Below are positions 32,403 through 41,811 of a stretch of DNA of 64,000 bases, piece after piece (within the stretch, counting starts at the first letter, position 1; the number at the start of each line of letters is the position of its first letter). Position numbers and translations under genes: made by a program. The notes beneath the pieces are model-generated. The model saw only the letters and a list, made by a program, of their open reading frames with translations, was not told the DNA's origin and did no database searches. Source of the stretch: an uncultured Chloroflexia bacterium (GTDB lineage: Bacteria; Chloroflexota; Chloroflexia; Thermomicrobiales; UBA6265); contig CAVRUC010000007.1 in the NCBI GenBank assembly GCA_963724295.1, positions 480,001-544,000 of the forward strand, given 5' to 3'.

Positions 32403-35400
32403 TCAGATTGGCAAAGCGGCCGAGGTGACGGCTGGAGCGACATCAGGCACGCCCTCGCCAGGCGGCAAGTCCGGGCAGGTCGCCCGGTAGGGGTCGTCGC
32501 GCAGGTACTGGCGCCATTCCTCCTGCTTGAGGTTGCGGTTGGCGATGCCGCAAACCCGAGCTGCCCACGCTTCGACCCCGACCTCCCAGCCATGGAGCTC
32601 AAATCGGGTGCGGTCGAGTTCGCCTTGCTCGGCGCGACCCAGCGACAGCAGCTGGTTGCCATCCGGCAGGAAAACGACCTCGGAGATGCCCAGGCCGTAT
32701 CCGGTGGGCAGGGCGCCCAACTGCCGGGCCGAGGCGATGTCGAACAGAACGATCTTGCCCCACAGGCCCGCCGCAAGCACGCGACCGTCCGGGCTAAAGG
32801 CCAGGGTGTGGGCTGCCGAATCGCTGCGGGACTGTAAAGTGACCAACTGTTCATGCCGCGTCACGTCCCACAAGATGATGTTGTTCTTGATCTGGGCCAC
32901 CGGCGCATTGAAGCGGTTGGTCGAGAGCCCGCTTGACGCCAGCATGGCGCCGTCCGGGCTGAACGCCAAGTCACCGACTAAGTCCGTCTGGGCGTCGAGC
33001 GGTTGCCCCAGGCGCCGCCGGCTCGCCACGTCCCAGAGGACGATCAGCCCCCCGCTGCGCGCAGCCAAGGTCCGGCGGTTCGGGCTGAAGGCGAAGGGTG
33101 CGCCGGCCTCCTCACTGTCGGCGAACGGTTCGCCCAAGGGCTCGCCCGAACGGACATCCCACAACTCGACTCCATGCTTTCCCGAGGTGACCACGGAGAA
33201 TCCGTCAACCCCGGACACCACTTGGGGGAATCTGCCCTCTGCGGCACGGAAGCGTGGCTCGAGCGGCCTCCAGGTGACGACGTCCCACACGACGACAACG
33301 CCGTCGCGATCTGCGGCGGCCAGCACGACGCCGTCCCGGCCGAATGCCACGGACGTCACCTCGTCGGTGTGATCCGCGAGCGGTCGACCGAGCTGTCGGC
33401 CAGATGCAAGGTCCCACAGCTGTACCTCGCCACGCAAGCATGCGTGGCTCGTCGGGTCACGCCTCCCGCAGCCGCCAACGGCGACCACTCGGCCGTCCGT
33501 AGCAAACGCCGGCATGTGCCACCGCTCGCCGGACGAGAAGCTGAGGAGGGGCGTCGAGAGCGGAGGTGATGCGGTCGCATCCCACAGGATAACCGTCCCG
33601 TCCAAGCTGCCGGTGGCCAACCGGGTGCCGTCCGGGCTGAAGGCGAGGGTGTACGTCGTGTCACGATGCCCGATGAGGGGTGCGCCGAGCGGACGGCCAG
33701 CGACCATGTCCCACAGGACGACCTTGCCCTCGTAGCCCACCGAGGCCAACGTCCGCCCGTCCGGCGCGAAGGCAATCCGCTGCACTGCGGAGTCGGCGGT
33801 CATCGGCTCGCGCACCGCCTGGCGCGTGGCAAAGTTCCACAGATGGACGCCGCGCCTCACGACGCCTGCAGCCAGGACCCCCCCGTCCGGGCTGAAGGCT
33901 AGGCTCAAGACGGGGCCGGGAGGGTCCGTGAGGGGCGGATCGAGCAGCCGACCGATCGCGACGTCCCAGAGGGTGGCCTTGCCGACCGGCTCCGCTATGG
34001 AGCCTACCCGCCCGCCCGACGCCAAGAACGCTGCCATCCGGGCTGAACGCGAGGCTGAGCGCAGTGTATTCGTGGCCCGTCAGGGGAGTGCCAATCGGTC
34101 GCCCGCTTGCGACGTCCCATAGCAAGATCTGCGGGCCGCTACTCGCGGCCAAGGTCCGGCCGTCGGCGCTGAAGGTCAGGGCATCGACCCAGGAGGGGTG
34201 GCCGGCGAGCGGGCCGCCGAGCGGACGACCGTTCGAGAGGTCCCAGAGGCGGACAGCCCCGTTCGAGCAGGCCCACCAGTCCTGCTGGCCGCCGTCGACG
34301 CAGTCGGTCGTGGCCAGCGTCTGGCCATCTGCGCTCACGGCGATAGTTGACTGGGCCGGTCGCGTTGATCGGAACAACGACCGGTGTACCCACCGTCCGG
34401 CCGGTCGCAGCTTCCCACCGCCGGACCTGCAGCTCCACGCAGCGGCGGTTCATCCCCTCCCCCTCGAACCTGCCGCAGCCGATCGATGTCAACGTCGTCC
34501 CATTCGGACCGAATGTCAGCCCGTCGACGCTGTGGGCGTGCCCCCAAGAGGAAACTCTCGAGGTGCGGGTTGGCAAGGCGTACGGCGAGGAGCCCGCTCC
34601 GAGACTCGAAGGTGTCGGCGATCCGGCCGGCCTCGTGGGCGAGCAGTAGGGCCAGGTCCGGCTGCTCGCGAGCAAGGTTGGTGGCCTGCGCCGCCAGCTC
34701 ACGCGACTGAGCGATCCGCGCCTCGCCTTCCGCCCGAGCTCGCTCCCCGGCCAGGGCACGCGCCTGCGCCAGTTCCCGGCGGCTCGCCTCGTCGATAGCT
34801 GCTCGGCTGGCCTCAACCAGCGCCTGCAGGTCCGCCCCGAATCCTAGGTCCGCGGCGCCGGGGCCATCCAGCCAGCGCTCGGCCTCGGCCAGCTCCGCCT
34901 CGTCCAGCAGCCCGCCGGCGCGGCCCTCCTTCACGCGCTGACGCCACTCCGCGGCCCTGGCCTCCAGCCGCCGCCGGGTCTGCTCCGCCTCCCGGCGCTC
35001 GACCAGCCACCCCCGCAGCGTCGGCCACCCCGCTATCAACGCCTCGTGGGCGAGATCGACCGTGCGGTCGGCGCTCCCCACCGCACCGCCGAGGGTCAGC
35101 AGCCGGTTGGCTGCGAGGTGTTGAACCGTCGCCGTGACCGCCGCCGGCTCGTCCGCGGCAGAGCCCAGCTCGACGAAGGGCTGCTGTCGACGAGTATCCG
35201 CCCGCCCCTCGCCGAACTGGACTAGGCGCAAGAAGATCCGGCGCGCGATGGCCTGTCTGCTCGATGGACAGCTCCGCTAGGACCGCGTCGGCGTGACGGG
35301 CCACGGCCACGTGCAGCCCGGTTCGCGGCGGGCCGCCGCCCCCGTGTTCGACGGCTTGCGGCAGCACGAGGGCCTCGTAGGCGCGCATCGGCAGGAACCG

Positions 35401-36546
35401 CCGCTCCAGCCGCTCCCAGAGGAGAACGAGCGTCTCCTGCACCAGTGGCAGCGCCCCCGGCTCCCCCGCCGCGTCAGTGACCAGACGCTCGACCAGCGAC
35501 GCTTCGACGTGGACGCGAACCCGCTCGGCCGGGGCGACGACCGCCCGCCGCAGCCCGGCCTTCCCCAGCGGCAGCACCTCCGCCCGGTGGGCCTGGACCC
35601 GCGGCCACAGCGGCGAGGCCATCAGCTCCGGGTAGAAGTCCGCGCGGACGGTCAGGACAACGAAGCAGCCGTCGGCATCGACCAGTTGCCCCAGGGCCTC
35701 CTGGAACGGCACTACTTCCTGGGCTGGTCCGAGGGTAAACAGTTCTTCGAACTGGTCGACGACCAGCAGCAGCCGCCGCGCCCCCGGCTGGCCTACCAGA
35801 GCCGCAGCCACCGATTCCCCCGGCTCGCTTGGGCCTGCGCCGAGCGCGCCGGCGAGCGCGGCCAGCGGGGCATCGCCGGGGCGCACCACGCGGACCAGCC
35901 AGCTACCGGGACCGAACAGTCCGCTCGCACGCATCGCTGGGACGAGGCCGGCGAAGACGAGCGACGACTTGCCGGAGCCCGAGGGGCCAATGACGGCGAG
36001 GAACGGGTGCTTACGCAGCCGGTGCTGGAGCTCCTCGACTTCCGCCTCACGGCCGTAGAAGAGAGGGGCGTCCGCTTCAGCGAAAGGGCGCATCCCCGGG
36101 TAGGGGCAGGGCGGCCCCGGGGCGGGCGGAAGCGGGGGGTGATCAAGGTCGGCCAGGAGCCGCGCCACGGCCGCATCCCGCCCGACAGGGTCAGTGAGAT
36201 CGAGACCCTGGAGCATCGCCAGCCGTGGCGGGAGGTCGACCGGCTCCAGGAGCAGGGGGACGACCGGCCAAGTGCCGGCCTCCAGTCCGTAGGCCTGGGC
36301 CAGGACATCGACAAACGCGGCGTACTCGTCGGCCATGTAGGCCGACGAGAGAACGAGGAGCGTCCGCGCACTCTGCTGCACCGCCCGTTCGAACTCGAGC
36401 AGGCGGGGGACACCGGGAGTGAAGGTGGCCCCGGAGTGGACACTCACGCCGGCCTGTTCGAGGGCGTCGAGCAGGTAGCCCTCGACCCACGCACGATCGG
36501 GCTCGGCGAATGAGACGAACACGTCATTGTCGGGCGGCTCGACCAT
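32403..36546 (-). pseudogene. TIR-nSTAND1 NTPase-WD40 (NLR-like) protein, 4 apparent frameshifts (~35256, ~34547, ~34345, ~34025)
   Basis: DVFVSF TIR; CPYPGMRPF; Walker A GPSGSGKSS; Walker B LLVVDQFEELF; GALPL; LAHEALI; more than 10 WD40 repeats (AFSPDG...LWD). May be intact in vivo if the indels are assembly errors. Confidence 0.88.
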
Positions 36547-36846
36547 GCGGGGAAGATCCCAACCGTTGCTGCTAGGACGACGCCGACCACCCGAGCATCG
36601 AGTGTAGTTGCTCTGATCGAGAGTCGGGTTGTAGCACTAGCGTACTAGGGTCGCTAGCGCCGGCGCGTGGAACACGCGGCTAGCCCGAAGAACCGTACCC
36701 GAACACGATGTTGGCCGCAGAGGGCGGTAATTGATATGGCGCACCGGCAGCTAGAAAGCCGCACTCCCCCCGCCGGCCGTCACCCCCGGACGCCACTTGT
36801 TGCCAAGAGCGGTCAGCCGAGCAGCACCACCTATACAAGCAAACGT

Positions 36847-36876
36847 TTGACCTGCTCTCGACGCCCTTCCTATACT
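36847..36876 (+). promoter_or_regulatory. secD promoter
   Basis: TTGACC-18 nt-TATACT. Confidence 0.55.
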
Positions 36877-36959
36877 GCGCGCCGTCGCGGATTCACGGAG
36901 GGTTATGTCGTCCCGCATGGCGCGGCACGAATGCGCTCCGGTGCCTTGGAGATCGACGA

Positions 36960-38396
36960 TTGCGGAATCGAACCTGGCTGACCCTGGCATTCATCTTCGT
37001 GCTGGCCATCGTTTCCGGCTGGATCTCCCTCCCGGGGTCCGGGTTCGATGTTGCCGGCATTCGGGCCGCGCATCCCGTTCGCCAGGGACTCGATCTGCAA
37101 GGCGGTCTCCAGGTCGTCCTCCAGGCGCGCCCGGTCGCGGGCCAGACGCTCGACAGCGGCACGCTGGAAGGCACGCGACAGACGCTCGAGCGGCGAGTGA
37201 ATGGACTCGGCGTCAGCGAGCCGCTCATTCAGACCCGTGGCAGCGACCAGATCATCGTCGAGCTACCCGGCGTCGATGATCCGCAAGAGGCGGTCGGAAT
37301 CCTGCAGCAGACCGCGCTGCTCGAGATCATCGACCCGTTGGGACAGTACCTACCGCCCGGAACGGTGGTCAACACCACACTCGGGCCCGCGGAAGACGCT
37401 CTCGGCGTCGAGGCAGTCGCTCCTGACGCGACCCCGGGCGCCACTCCAGCCGCCGCAACCCCTGTCCCCGGCGCCAGCGCCCCGACAGGACCAGTCTATG
37501 AGACCGTCATCAGTGGCGCGGAGCTCAAGAATGCCTATGTCACGACCGGCAACACGGGGATGAACCAGGTCGTCGGATTCGAGCTGCAGGGCGACGCCGC
37601 GAGCAAATTCTTCCAGTACACCAGCAGCCACCTCGGCCAGCCCATGTCGATCGTCATCGACAAGCAGGTCATCTCGTCGCCGACGATCAACGGCGCCATC
37701 TCAACGCAGGGGATCATCGAAGGCGTGCCGCCGACCGAGGTTGACGATCTGGTTATCCAGTTGAAGGCGGGCGCCCTGGGGGTTCCGCTGGATGTCGTCC
37801 AGAGCCGGACTGTCGGCCCCACCCTCGGTCAGGATTCGATCGAGAAGAGCATCCTGGCCGGAGTGATCGGTCTTGGCATCGTTGGACTCTTCATGATCCT
37901 GTATTACCGCTTGCCGGGGCTCATCTCGGTGATTGCGCTCCTGATCTACACCGCGATCGTCTTCGCCATATTCAAGCTCGTTCCGGTCACGCTCACGCTG
38001 GCGGGGATCGCGGGGTTCATCCTCTCCATCGGCATGGCCGTCGACGCCAATGTGCTGATCTTCGCCCGCATCAAGGAAGAGATTCACACGGGTCGATCAC
38101 TCGCCCAGTCGGTCGAGTCCGGGTTCGCCCATGCCTGGCCATCGATTCGTGATTCGAATATCACGACTATGATTACAACCTTCATCCTCTATCTCTTCGG
38201 GAACTACACCGGCACCTCAATCATTACCGGGTTCGCGCTGACCCTCTTCATCGGCGTCGTGATCAGCATGTTCACCGCGATCACCGTCACCAGGACCCTG
38301 CTGCGCGTACTCGTGGCGCTCAGACCGTCAGATCTCCGGTGGTGGTTTGGGGCGAATATGGCTGAGTCCGCCGCCCCGGCTGTGGCCGCTCAATAG
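36960..38396 (+). CDS. secD: Protein translocase subunit SecD
   Basis: GLDLQGG, RRVNGLGVSEP and GMAVDANVLIFARIKEE motifs. Confidence 0.96.
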   Translation: MRNRTWLTLAFIFVLAIVSGWISLPGSGFDVAGIRAAHPVRQGLDLQGGLQVVLQARPVAGQTLDSGTLEGTRQTLERRVNGLGVSEPLIQTRGSDQIIVELPGVDDPQEAVGILQQTALLEIIDPLGQYLPPGTVVNTTLGPAEDALGVEAVAPDATPGATPAAATPVPGASAPTGPVYETVISGAELKNAYVTTGNTGMNQVVGFELQGDAASKFFQYTSSHLGQPMSIVIDKQVISSPTINGAISTQGIIEGVPPTEVDDLVIQLKAGALGVPLDVVQSRTVGPTLGQDSIEKSILAGVIGLGIVGLFMILYYRLPGLISVIALLIYTAIVFAIFKLVPVTLTLAGIAGFILSIGMAVDANVLIFARIKEEIHTGRSLAQSVESGFAHAWPSIRDSNITTMITTFILYLFGNYTGTSIITGFALTLFIGVVISMFTAITVTRTLLRVLVALRPSDLRWWFGANMAESAAPAVAAQ

Positions 38397-38428
38397 GCAT
38401 CCCGCAAGGGCAAGGAGACTCCGAAGCC

Positions 38429-39376
38429 ATGACGCGACTGGCGAGCAAGCGTAAGTTGTGGTTCACCATCTCGCTTCTGGTCATTATTCCCGGTCTCATC
38501 TCGTTGATCTTCTCTGGACTCAAGCTCGGTATCGATTTCACCGGTGGCACTCTCTGGGAGGTGCGGTTTGCGCAACCGGCCACCGCGCTGGAGATCGAGT
38601 CCGCGCTGCGGGCGGCTGGAGTGGAGACCGCCATCGTCCAGCGCTCCGGACCGGCCAACGACGAGACATTCCTGATCCGCATGCCGGAGGTCACCGAAGG
38701 CTCCACGCGGAAGACCGAGCTCGCCAAAGCGCTCGAAACCTCAGTCGGCCCGTTCACCGAGCGCGAGTACGCGACGGTCGGCGGCGCACTCTCGACCCAG
38801 ATTCGCAACCGGGCCATCCTGGCGGTAGCACTCGCCTCCGTCGGCATCCTTCTCTACATGGCCTACGCCTTTCGCAATACGCAACGGCCGCTCCTCTATG
38901 GCAGCTCGGCGCTGGTGGCGATGCTGCACGACGTGCTGATCGTTCTGGGGGTGTTCTCGATCCTCGGCTTGCTCTTCAACGTCCAGATCGACGCGCTCTT
39001 CATCACCGCGTTGCTGACCGTGATCGGGTTCAGCGTCCATGACACCATCGTGGTGTTCGACCGCATCCGCGAGAATCTGGCGAAGCATCCTGATGAATCG
39101 TTCGAGGCCATCGTCGATTACTCCCTCGCGCAAACGGTCGTCCGCTCCCTGAACACTTCGCTGACCGTGATATTTACGCTCCTGGCGCTGGTGCTCTTTG
39201 GCGGCGGCTCGACCCGCTTGTTTGTCCTGGCGCTGCTGATCGGGATCATCAGCGGCACCTACTCCTCGATCTTCAATGCGAGCCAGCTGCTCGTCGCCTG
39301 GGAAAACGGCGAGATTCAACGTTTTTTCCGGCGGTTCACCCGCCCCGGAACGGAACCAGCGTTGCCCGCCGCCTGA
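38429..39376 (+). CDS. secF: Protein translocase subunit SecF
   Basis: GIDFTGG, DTIVVFDRIRE and GTYSSIF motifs. Confidence 0.96.
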   Translation: MTRLASKRKLWFTISLLVIIPGLISLIFSGLKLGIDFTGGTLWEVRFAQPATALEIESALRAAGVETAIVQRSGPANDETFLIRMPEVTEGSTRKTELAKALETSVGPFTEREYATVGGALSTQIRNRAILAVALASVGILLYMAYAFRNTQRPLLYGSSALVAMLHDVLIVLGVFSILGLLFNVQIDALFITALLTVIGFSVHDTIVVFDRIRENLAKHPDESFEAIVDYSLAQTVVRSLNTSLTVIFTLLALVLFGGGSTRLFVLALLIGIISGTYSSIFNASQLLVAWENGEIQRFFRRFTRPGTEPALPAA

Positions 39377-39603
39377 GCGGCGCAGCCAGACACTTCGGCA
39401 CATCTTCCACGTGGTAGACTCGGCATCCGCGTGTGTCTCGATGGTGCGGCCTCGACGCCCGGTGGGCGTGCGACGGTCGCCGGTGCGCGCCGGCCGCGGT
39501 CATTCCGGGGACGTCTGAAGGAATTGCGCCTCGCTGGAGAGCCCAGCGAGCCGGTAAGGTGCCTCCTCGCCAGCGTGCGGTGGGAGGGTCGGAGGAGGGG
39601 GTC

Positions 39604-41775
39604 TTGGAAGCTCGAGAGCTCTATTCGCTGCCGGTGCTGATCTGCGGCGTGGCGGCCATCATTTTCGCGGCCTGGCTCGCCAGGGACGTTCTCTCTCGAG
39701 ACTCCGGCACCACCGCCATGCAGGACATCGCCAATCGCATCTACATCGGTGCGGTCGCCTTCCTGCGGCGGCAATATTCAACGATTGCGATCCTCGCCAT
39801 CCTCGTCGCTGTCATCATCGGCCTGGTCGTCGGCTTTTTCGAGAACGAGTACCAGGCCACTCGAGGCATCATCACCTCGTTTGCCTTCCTCTTCGGCGCG
39901 CTTCTCTCTGGCATCTCGGGCTATACCGGAATGTACATCGCGGTACGATCCAATATCCGCACCGCATCGGCCGCCCGGCGCAGTCTGGGCGAGGCGCTTA
40001 CGGTCGCGCTGCGCGGCGGCGCCGTTTCCGGCTTTCTCGTCGTCGCGCTCGGTTTGCTCGGCGTGCTCATCATGTACTGGGTGGTCTATCCGCTCGTCCA
40101 GAGCACGATGCCAGCCGAGGCCGAGACGCCATTCTGGATCGTCGGCTTCGCCTTCGGCGCCTCCTTCGTGGCGCTCTTCGCCCAGCTTGGCGGCGGCATC
40201 TACACCAAAGCGGCCGATGTCGGCGCCGACCTCGTCGGCAAGGTCGAGGCCGGCATCCCGGAGGATGACCCTCGTAACCCAGCGGTGATTGCCGACCTCG
40301 TCGGGGACAACGTCGGCGACTGCGCCGGTCGTGGCGCCGACATCTTCGAGTCGTCCGTGGCTGAGATCATCGGCGCCATGATCCTGGGCGCCACGCTCTT
40401 TACCGCGGCTATGGGCACGCAGAATCCACAGTCCATTAGCTACGTCTTCTTTCCACTGGTCCTCGGCGCGCTCGGCGCGATCGCTTCCATGGTCGGCATC
40501 GTCTCGGTGCGCCCGGCCGCGACGCCGAGAGACCCGATGGACGAGCTGAACAAGGGGTTCTACGTCACCGCGGTCCTGTCCATCTTCGCTTTGATTCTGG
40601 CCACCTTCTGGATGCTGCCGTACGGCAAGGTCGAGTACCTGATCTGCGGCATCATCGGCATTGTCACCTCCTTCGTCTTCGTCTGGGTCACGCAGTACTA
40701 CACGAGTGGTCGCTACCGTCCTGTGAAGGACATCATGGAGGCGTCCCGGACAGGTCCAGCGACCAACATCATCTCGGGCATCTCGGTCGGGTTCGAGACG
40801 ACCGGCGCGGCGGCGCTCGTTATCGCCGCCGCGCTGCTCTCCTCGTATTACGTCGGCGAGCGGGTCCAGAACGTCTTTCCGGTCGACACCGGGTTCTTCC
40901 GCTCCGCCGGGATTTACGGCACCGCGGTCGCCACGATGGGCATGCTCATGTCCGCGGCCTACATCCTGGCCATGGACACGTTCGGCCCGATCACAGACAA
41001 CGCCGGCGGCATCGTCGAGATGAGCGACCAACCGGACGCCGTGCGCGACACGACAGACGCGCTGGACTCCGCCGGGAACACCACCAAGGCACTGACCAAG
41101 GGCTACGCCATCGGCACGGCTGCGCTGGCGGCGTTTCTCCTCTTCTCTGCCTACCTGCAGGAAGTCGCGCGCTTCGGTGGCGAGTCGATGCAGGCTCAGA
41201 TCGTCGACCTGGCCAATCCGCGAGTCTTCGTCGGAGGCTTGATCGGCGCCGCACTGGTCTTCGTCTTCGCCTCACTGGCGATGCGGGCCGTCGGTCGCGC
41301 CGCCTCTGCCATGATCGAGGAAGTTCGCCGCCAGTTCCGGGCTGATCCCGGAATCATGGCCGGCACGTCGACTCCCGACTACACATCCTGTGTTGACATC
41401 GCAGTCCGCGCTTCACTGCGGGAGATGATCGCCCCCGGTCTGCTCGCGGTCGCTGTGCCGATTCTTGTCGGGCTCATCCTGCGCTGGGAGGGCGCCGCCG
41501 GAATGCTGATGATTGGGACGATCGCCGGAATCCTCCTTGCCAACGTCCTCAACAACGGCGGCGGCGCGTGGGACAACGCGAAGAAGATGATCGAAGCCGG
41601 GCTGTTGCAGGACGCAGGTGGGAACGTGCTCGGTAAGGGCACGGACGTCCATGCCGCCTCAGTCGTCGGCGACACCGTCGGCGATCCCTGGAAGGACACT
41701 GCCGGTCCGTCGATCCACGTGCTGATCAAGCTGATGGCGACGATTACGCTGGTCATGGCACCGCTGTTCATTTGA
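39604..41775 (+). CDS. hppA: Membrane-bound H+-translocating pyrophosphatase (K+-independent type)
   Basis: DVGADLVGKVE and EDDPRN motifs; GNTTKA carries the Lys that marks K+-independence; TTG start after GGAGGAGG. Confidence 0.93.
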   Translation: MEARELYSLPVLICGVAAIIFAAWLARDVLSRDSGTTAMQDIANRIYIGAVAFLRRQYSTIAILAILVAVIIGLVVGFFENEYQATRGIITSFAFLFGALLSGISGYTGMYIAVRSNIRTASAARRSLGEALTVALRGGAVSGFLVVALGLLGVLIMYWVVYPLVQSTMPAEAETPFWIVGFAFGASFVALFAQLGGGIYTKAADVGADLVGKVEAGIPEDDPRNPAVIADLVGDNVGDCAGRGADIFESSVAEIIGAMILGATLFTAAMGTQNPQSISYVFFPLVLGALGAIASMVGIVSVRPAATPRDPMDELNKGFYVTAVLSIFALILATFWMLPYGKVEYLICGIIGIVTSFVFVWVTQYYTSGRYRPVKDIMEASRTGPATNIISGISVGFETTGAAALVIAAALLSSYYVGERVQNVFPVDTGFFRSAGIYGTAVATMGMLMSAAYILAMDTFGPITDNAGGIVEMSDQPDAVRDTTDALDSAGNTTKALTKGYAIGTAALAAFLLFSAYLQEVARFGGESMQAQIVDLANPRVFVGGLIGAALVFVFASLAMRAVGRAASAMIEEVRRQFRADPGIMAGTSTPDYTSCVDIAVRASLREMIAPGLLAVAVPILVGLILRWEGAAGMLMIGTIAGILLANVLNNGGGAWDNAKKMIEAGLLQDAGGNVLGKGTDVHAASVVGDTVGDPWKDTAGPSIHVLIKLMATITLVMAPLFI

Positions 41776-41776
41776 C

Positions 41777-41811
41777 GAGTCGTAGGTCGTGAGTCGTAAG
41801 TCGTGAGTCCT
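41777..41811 (+). repeat. Five imperfect tandem heptamers (gagtcgt/aggtcgt/gagtcgt/aagtcgt/gagtcct)
   Basis: Read directly; two inverted copies at 41869-41882. Confidence 0.8.

Larger units (their letters stand above)
31339..36851. mobile_element. Putative degraded inserted element carrying the TIR/NLR-like genes
   Basis: GCAAACGTTTGAC occurs at both 31339-31351 and 36839-36851. Weak inverted repeats lie just inside; the cargo is accessory and frameshifted. Confidence 0.35.

Noticed and set aside
39433..39603. Long N-terminal extensions in the ORF track (hppA; also glcD, metX, metY, OsmC, EVE)
   Set aside because: Downstream starts fit RBS position and/or family N-termini better.
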